From the IMG/VR virus record IMGVR_UViG_3300020187_000015, positions 1 through 64,000 of that record: a stretch of DNA of 64,000 nucleotides. One strand, given 5' to 3'. The position numbers were made by a program, and so were the translations under genes. The stretch comes from a virus. The notes beneath the pieces are model-generated. The model ran no database searches, was not told the origin of the DNA, and was given only the letters and a program-made list of their open reading frames with translations. Below, one piece after another: positions 58,419 through 64,000 of this stretch (positions are counted from its first letter, which is position 1; the number at the start of each line of letters is the position of its first letter).

Positions 58419-59024
58419 ATGATTAAAAGAATTAGGGGAATATACAAAGGAAACATATGCAAAAAGGGAGAATATGGAATAGCGCCAAAAATGCTTTTTA
58501 TAGATCTTTATGCAGACGACCAGTTCCTATGTAGCTCTTACGACTTTTCTTTATTAAAATCTTTTAAAAATTTAAACATTAAGCCAAGCAATCTTATTGA
58601 GTTTGATGCTACTGTAGAAACGGAAGACGGATTAAAGATAAAGAGACCCAAAAATGTAAAAAAGATTGACCTGTCCTTCTTGAAAGATTCTTTTGAATAC
58701 TGTTCAAGTAAATTTATCAAGAAAAAGAAGGCCTTGTCTCGTGAAGAAATGAAGTCAGAGAAAATTGCATTCATAAGGATGTATAATAACTATGGAGATG
58801 ATTTTAACTTTTGGAAATTTCTAACACTTGGCTTCGAGTTGAATTCACTGCACTGGTTTTTAACTGACAAGGGGGAGAAATTTGTTAGAGAAAACCTAAA
58901 AAAGTATTATTATAATAATGTTGACATTCCAGAAATAAAGCCTAACTATATTCTTGAAGATGAGTTCGTCGCAGAAAAGATTGAACTAAAAAAACCTAAA
59001 ACAATTATGAATTTTTTAAAATAA
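58419..59024 (+). CDS. hypothetical, leaderless
   Basis: TTGACT-N16-CATAGT-N8-ATG. Confidence 0.7.
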   Translation: MIKRIRGIYKGNICKKGEYGIAPKMLFIDLYADDQFLCSSYDFSLLKSFKNLNIKPSNLIEFDATVETEDGLKIKRPKNVKKIDLSFLKDSFEYCSSKFIKKKKALSREEMKSEKIAFIRMYNNYGDDFNFWKFLTLGFELNSLHWFLTDKGEKFVRENLKKYYYNNVDIPEIKPNYILEDEFVAEKIELKKPKTIMNFLK

Positions 59025-60127
59025 TGGCCAAGCAAAAAATAAAAGAGGGTATGGACCCCACATCTCAGTTAACTTCGTTCTTAAAGCAGAACAAGGATGA
59101 TCACTTTAATTTCGAAGAGTCTGTTGACTTTAGCGTTACCCAAGGAAGTCTACTACTTGACTTACATGTTGGGAAGATTACCCCAGGAATCATTCGTCAT
59201 ACTGGAGTTAGTAGGGGTGGAAAAACTTCTCAAATGCTGGAAGATGTTAAGAACTTTCTACAGGGAGTAGAAAACGCAAGATGTATTTGGGTGTTGGCTG
59301 AAGGTAGGCTAGGCAAAGAAACTAAGAAGCGTTCTGGTTTAAAGTTTACTCATGATCCAGAGACATGGGAAGATGGGAGTGTTTTTGTTTTCGAGTGCCA
59401 AGTATACGAAGCTGTATTTGATCTAGTGAGAAGCTTAATTCGTAACAACCCAGAAAATAAGAGATACTTTTTTGTCATTGATTCTACCAATGGCCTTAAG
59501 CGTAGGGAAGATCTAGAGAAGGCCTCTGGAGCCGTTGAGAAGGTCGCAGGAGCCGCCCTGATAACTTCTGACTTCCTTAGTCGTGTATCACTCGCTATGT
59601 CCAAATTCGGCCATGTATGTGGCCTTATAGGTCAAGTTCGTTCAACTATTAGAATTAACCCGTATGAAAAGGGTTCTCCGCAACTTTCCAGCGCATCTGG
59701 TGGTGCAGCGCAAGATCACTATCCAACAATCTTCCTTGAGTTTCAGCCAAAGTATAAATCAGACTTGATTGGAGATCCAAACGATCCTTCTGGTCACTGG
59801 TGTAAAGTGAACGTTATTAAAACTGATAAAGAGAGGACCTTATCCGTTAAATATCCTATTAAATACAATTCTACTGGGACATCTGGAAGTGTTTGGCTTG
59901 AGTATGAAATTGCCAGCCTTATGATGGAATGGGGATTTGTTAAGAAGGCTGGGGCTTGGCTATCTTTTAGCAGTGAATTCCTTGAAGAGGCAAAATTAAA
60001 TTCTCTAATCCCAGAAAACTCTGAAGATTTCAAGCTTCAAGGCGAACAGAAGCTTAGAGACTGGCTAGAAGAGAATGAGATTGCTAAAAAGTATTTATTT
60101 GAAAAATTTCAATCCCTGCTCTCTTGA
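59024..60127 (+). CDS. recA: RecA/UvsX-like recombinase
   Basis: GSLLLD, GxxxGGKT, VIDS, GQVR, SGG, KKAGAW. Confidence 0.85.
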   Translation: MAKQKIKEGMDPTSQLTSFLKQNKDDHFNFEESVDFSVTQGSLLLDLHVGKITPGIIRHTGVSRGGKTSQMLEDVKNFLQGVENARCIWVLAEGRLGKETKKRSGLKFTHDPETWEDGSVFVFECQVYEAVFDLVRSLIRNNPENKRYFFVIDSTNGLKRREDLEKASGAVEKVAGAALITSDFLSRVSLAMSKFGHVCGLIGQVRSTIRINPYEKGSPQLSSASGGAAQDHYPTIFLEFQPKYKSDLIGDPNDPSGHWCKVNVIKTDKERTLSVKYPIKYNSTGTSGSVWLEYEIASLMMEWGFVKKAGAWLSFSSEFLEEAKLNSLIPENSEDFKLQGEQKLRDWLEENEIAKKYLFEKFQSLLS

Positions 60128-60540
60128 AGATAAAGAATATATTCGGCAAAGATGTAAACAAGTCTTTTGCAAAGAGTAAAATTGATTGGGATAGGTCCGT
60201 ATCAAAACCTCAAAAACGAATAAAGGATATCGTTAAACCTCTTTGGTGCTTCCAAGATGTTCACGAAGAACTTTATATACCAAGTAGTAAGCTTAGGGTC
60301 GATCTAATTAACTTTACAACTTCAACAGTAATTGAAGTTTCCCCAAAACAGCATGATACATACAATGAGTTTTTCCACAAGGATAGGCAAAAATTTTTAC
60401 GATCCCTAGAAAGGGACTTTAAAAAGATTGAATGGTGCGAAATGAATGGTTTTCAATATATCGAAATCGATGAGAAAACACTAAAACTAACAAATGAACA
60501 GATCTTTAATTTTATTAAGGATTCAATAGAAAGTGTATAA
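60124..60540 (+). CDS. PD-(D/E)XK endonuclease
   Basis: EE..IP...LRVD...IEV...QH, RD..K..WC. Confidence 0.7.
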   Translation: MKIKNIFGKDVNKSFAKSKIDWDRSVSKPQKRIKDIVKPLWCFQDVHEELYIPSSKLRVDLINFTTSTVIEVSPKQHDTYNEFFHKDRQKFLRSLERDFKKIEWCEMNGFQYIEIDEKTLKLTNEQIFNFIKDSIESV

Positions 60541-60541
60541 T

Positions 60542-61822
60542 ATGAGTATGGAAGACAAAAAGTTGACAAAGGATTGCATCGATCTTTACAAGGATGGTTG
60601 CAGTAGAATGGAAGTGGCTAGACATATCATGTCTGAAACAGGATTAAAAGAAACTGCTTCAAAGGTTAGAGCTAAAAATATATGGGATGAAAATTTTGAC
60701 GCGGATTACTCTCCGCAACAAAGTAAAAACGAAGAGTCTATTAATCCTGAAAAGGCTACTTTTGACGAAAAGAAAGATTCGGCCACGGCAGAGTCTAAAT
60801 CTTCCAACATTAGAACTCTTGAGGATCTTATCGAAGTGTGCAAGATTGACCTAGATATTTGGGAGATTGAGAGATACATAGTAAATAAATGGGAGGTCGC
60901 AGCTAAAGGCAATGACGGAGAGATGAGACACTCTCCGCTCTATCAAGTAAAGGCATGGCTAAAGAAGAAGGAAACAGTAAATGCCAAAGAAGTAATCAAA
61001 CTCTTCAAGGAGGAGCTTAATAACATCTCCAGACCAGTACAAAAAAGAAACTCTGCTGGTCAACATATCTATGAAATATCTATTCCAGATCTGCATTTAA
61101 GCAAATTATGTTGGGGCAAAGAAACTGGCTATGAAGATTATGACATTAAGATTGCCAGCAACCTCTTCAGAGAAGCCATGCATTATCTGGTTTCTAAGGT
61201 CGATCTAAAATCTGTTGATAGAATTGTGCTTCCCATTGGAAATGACTTCTTTAATTCAGAGGGTCTATCTGGGATGACTACAAAGGGTACTAGGCAGGAT
61301 GATGACTCAAGATGGCCGAAGTCTTTTCAAGTTGGTTGTAATTTGATTGCAGAAGTGGTTGATGAACTATCGAAAAAGGTAAATGTAGATATAGTTATTG
61401 TTCCAGGAAATCATGATTTCGAGAGATGTTTTTATCTTGGAGAATTCTTAAGCGCTTGGTATCGAAACAATGATGCTGTCAAAATTGACAACTCCCCTAC
61501 TTCTAGAAAGTATGTTACCTTTGGCAAAAATCTAATTCTATTTACTCATGGCAACGAAGAAAAGGCAGCTAACCTACCTCTTCTCATGGCTACAGAGAAC
61601 GCAAACTTCTCTAAGTGTAAGTTTAGAACTGCTCACCTTGGTCACTTTCATGGCACAGAAATGAAAGAATATAATGGAGTTAAAGTCAGGATACTTCCAT
61701 CTCTATGCGCCCCAGATGCTTGGCACTCCAATAAAGGGTATGTGGGGAATGTTCGCTCAGCTACAGCTTTTCTCTATGAAGAGTCGCTTGGAGAAGTAGC
61801 TAACTTTTACTATAACGTCTAG
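60542..61822 (+). CDS. calcineurin-like metallophosphoesterase
   Basis: DLH, GND, GNHD, THG, GHFH. Confidence 0.85.
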   Translation: MSMEDKKLTKDCIDLYKDGCSRMEVARHIMSETGLKETASKVRAKNIWDENFDADYSPQQSKNEESINPEKATFDEKKDSATAESKSSNIRTLEDLIEVCKIDLDIWEIERYIVNKWEVAAKGNDGEMRHSPLYQVKAWLKKKETVNAKEVIKLFKEELNNISRPVQKRNSAGQHIYEISIPDLHLSKLCWGKETGYEDYDIKIASNLFREAMHYLVSKVDLKSVDRIVLPIGNDFFNSEGLSGMTTKGTRQDDDSRWPKSFQVGCNLIAEVVDELSKKVNVDIVIVPGNHDFERCFYLGEFLSAWYRNNDAVKIDNSPTSRKYVTFGKNLILFTHGNEEKAANLPLLMATENANFSKCKFRTAHLGHFHGTEMKEYNGVKVRILPSLCAPDAWHSNKGYVGNVRSATAFLYEESLGEVANFYYNV

Positions 61823-61840
61823 AACATATTGATCAACTTT

Positions 61841-61880
61841 GCTCCCGATTACTGACTTTCAGTTTTCGGGAGTTTTTGTT
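61841..61880 (+). terminator. intrinsic terminator
   Basis: CTCCCGA..ACTGA/TCAGT..TCGGGAG followed by T-run. Confidence 0.7.
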
Positions 61881-61915
61881 TGACATGCTAAAGAAATTGC
61901 CCATATTCAACTCCA

Positions 61916-63403
61916 ATGACAAACGTAGAACTTCCCAAGAACAAAGCACTAGAACGCAAGTTTATATCTGGATTGATATATAACTCAGATAAAGTATGGG
62001 ATGAGTTTTCTGAATTTATTAGTGAGGAAGACTTTAAAGACACTGACTCAAGGTCGCTATTCCGTATTTGCAAAAGTCTATTAGAAGAAGGTCTCTCTCT
62101 TGATGCAGCCATAATTTCTGCTAGATGCAAAAGTAGTGGCATAAGTTTAATGTCGGGTAACGTAGAGGACTTTATCGACAATATGTTGCTAACTCCCCTG
62201 TCTGAAAAGGCGACTGTGGATGCTGCAAAAGAGCTAGTAATTTTACGGATAAAGAGAAATGTAATTGTAAACTCTAATGAGATTGCAGAGATTGCTTCTC
62301 AATATAGTGGCAGCAATCTATCTGACTTCATGGCATCTATTGAGAGCAAGTTCTCTGAAAATGGCGAAAATATCATAAGTAGGAATGAACCAATAAATAT
62401 TGCTTCAGTTGCATACGACCTTGTTGAGGCAACACTTCATGACGATAAGGCTAACTATATAATTAAAACTCCTTGGCCAACCTTCAATGAGGCTTTTAGT
62501 GGGTTTCGCCCAAAGGACAGCTATTGCTTTGCTGGTAGGCCTTCTCATGGCAAATCTGGCGCTTTACTTAGTTTAGCGCAACAATGTGCAAATCAAATTA
62601 AAGAGAATTTTATTGACGGTAAAAAGCTTCCAGTTTTATATCTTGATACAGAAATGGAGCATAAAGAGCAAGCATTGCGGTGGGCCGCTTTGGTTGCAGA
62701 TGTAGACCCCTATCTCATTGAAAGTGGTCAATGGGCTAAGAATAAAGATTCCGTTAATAAAATTAGAACGGTTCTTAAAAGTAGCTCCTCTACTGACAAC
62801 TTCCACCACGTTTATATTCCAGGAATGAATGCGATTGAAATTCGATCTATCTTTCGAAGATGGATACGTAAGCATGTTGGCAAAGAGAATCCAGCCATCG
62901 TTGTCTTTGATTATCTTAAGATTACTGGAGATGGTTTAGCTAACCCTAAGCATGCTCGATTTGATATAGCTAGAACTCTAGATATTTTAAAAGATGAGAT
63001 TAAGCAAAACTCCAATGCAACATTTCTTTTCGGCGCTCAACGAAACAGACATGGAGAAGATGACGATTCATCTTTAGCAGAAAGTGACTACATTCAGCAA
63101 CTCTCGACCTTCGTTGGACTAATCAAGAAAAAGACTATGGATGAAAAAGCTGAGCAACCAGTAGAGCGATTTGGAACCCATGCTTTGATACCAGTTAAAT
63201 TCAGAAAGCTAGGAAAAGATGGATGGAAGTTTGAAAATCCAGTTAAGATCAATAATAAGTATTGCTCTAATTGGATAAATTTAAATTTCCACAACTTTAG
63301 ATTCGAAGATGGCGGAGATGGTAGAGCTGTTCAAGAGTACCTCGAACTACTTGCTGATGGTAATCCAAGAGACAACAATTCAACTAGAGAGGCAATACTT
63401 TGA
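61916..63403 (+). CDS. dnaB: replicative DNA helicase
   Basis: GRPSHGKS, DTEM, DYLK, AQ.NR, K.R motifs. Confidence 0.9.
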   Translation: MTNVELPKNKALERKFISGLIYNSDKVWDEFSEFISEEDFKDTDSRSLFRICKSLLEEGLSLDAAIISARCKSSGISLMSGNVEDFIDNMLLTPLSEKATVDAAKELVILRIKRNVIVNSNEIAEIASQYSGSNLSDFMASIESKFSENGENIISRNEPINIASVAYDLVEATLHDDKANYIIKTPWPTFNEAFSGFRPKDSYCFAGRPSHGKSGALLSLAQQCANQIKENFIDGKKLPVLYLDTEMEHKEQALRWAALVADVDPYLIESGQWAKNKDSVNKIRTVLKSSSSTDNFHHVYIPGMNAIEIRSIFRRWIRKHVGKENPAIVVFDYLKITGDGLANPKHARFDIARTLDILKDEIKQNSNATFLFGAQRNRHGEDDDSSLAESDYIQQLSTFVGLIKKKTMDEKAEQPVERFGTHALIPVKFRKLGKDGWKFENPVKINNKYCSNWINLNFHNFRFEDGGDGRAVQEYLELLADGNPRDNNSTREAIL

Positions 63404-64000
63404 ACTCAGTAAAAGACATTTTAGACGAAATAGGTGTAAAAGTCATCAGCGTTAATGACTCTGGCTTTGCTCAATTCTGCCCAACTTATAGAAATAGTGA
63501 TAACCCTTCTGGGGCTTCTATAAATCTAAAGAATGGTTGGACTACAGATTGGTCAATAAACGAGAATTTCCCTATTGAGATTTTGATTGAAAAGATGACT
63601 GGCAAAAAGCCAGACAAGGCGGTTATAAATAAAATTGCTTCCTTAGATCTAGACATCATCAATGACGAAAATGAAGTAAAGTTTTGGTCAAAGGATTCCT
63701 TACTCCACCTCTTGCCAGAACACTCTTACTGGATGAATAGAGGAGTATCCAAAGAAACGCTGGACTTCTTTCAAGGTGGTGTTTCTCATAGCGGAAAGCT
63801 TTACCAGCGATACGTATGGCCAGTCTTCGACAGACATCAAAGAATTGTAGGTTTTACAGGAAGAGATCTTACTGAAAAACACAGTGTAAAGTATAAGCAC
63901 GAAGGCAAGTCTACAAATTTCTTATTTGGGCTTTACAATAAAAAGAATGACGAGTTTCCTATTTTAAAATCTATTTTAAAGAATTCTCATTTGATTCTTG
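63400..64000 (+). CDS. dnaG: DnaG-type primase, truncated by window edge
   Basis: Manually read from TTG overlapping dnaB stop: YWMNRGVS, RYVWPVFD...VGFTGR, KYKH. Confidence 0.8.
   Translation, partial: MNSVKDILDEIGVKVISVNDSGFAQFCPTYRNSDNPSGASINLKNGWTTDWSINENFPIEILIEKMTGKKPDKAVINKIASLDLDIINDENEVKFWSKDSLLHLLPEHSYWMNRGVSKETLDFFQGGVSHSGKLYQRYVWPVFDRHQRIVGFTGRDLTEKHSVKYKHEGKSTNFLFGLYNKKNDEFPILKSILKNSHLIL

Noticed and set aside
1-64000. Stop-codon reassignment
   Set aside because: Conserved genes are intact under code 11 and end in TAA, TAG and TGA

Overview
A 64-kb fragment of a large, AT-rich dsDNA tailed phage genome. No integrase, CRISPR array, canonical tRNA or rRNA was seen. The host is probably a PVC-group bacterium such as a Verrucomicrobium; this is inferred from the lack of Shine-Dalgarno motifs, AC-rich or absent leaders, GC-rich BspA repeats and a PVC-like tmRNA fragment. 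(1) 1-22.7 kb, minus strand: an early/host-takeover region of about 30 short expression cassettes. Most have an A/T UP tract, a TTGAC-type promoter, small ORF(s), a hairpin, and often a ~10-bp-phased TATTT array. It ends in denV-like, rIIB, rIIA and ruvB genes. (2) 22.7-47.9 kb, minus strand: split DnaE (PHP + core) with an exonuclease, sugar/nucleotide enzymes, a large S8 protease, virion/tail genes with three BspA-LRR paralogues, a glycosyltransferase and a sigma-like factor. (3) 48-64 kb, plus strand: HTH protein, glycosyl/methyltransferase cluster, nrdB/nrdA, gmd, RecA-like recombinase, nuclease, phosphoesterase, DnaB and a partial DnaG. Best discovery candidates: a 67-nt tmRNA tRNA-like domain with no tag-coding region (9122-9188); helically phased TATTT arrays between early cassettes; covarying 3' hairpins whose loops are antisense to the phage's own translation leaders; and LRR repeats with a DGR-like NNT/NNC hypervariable codon pattern. 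All family calls come from motif recognition by eye, not database searches.
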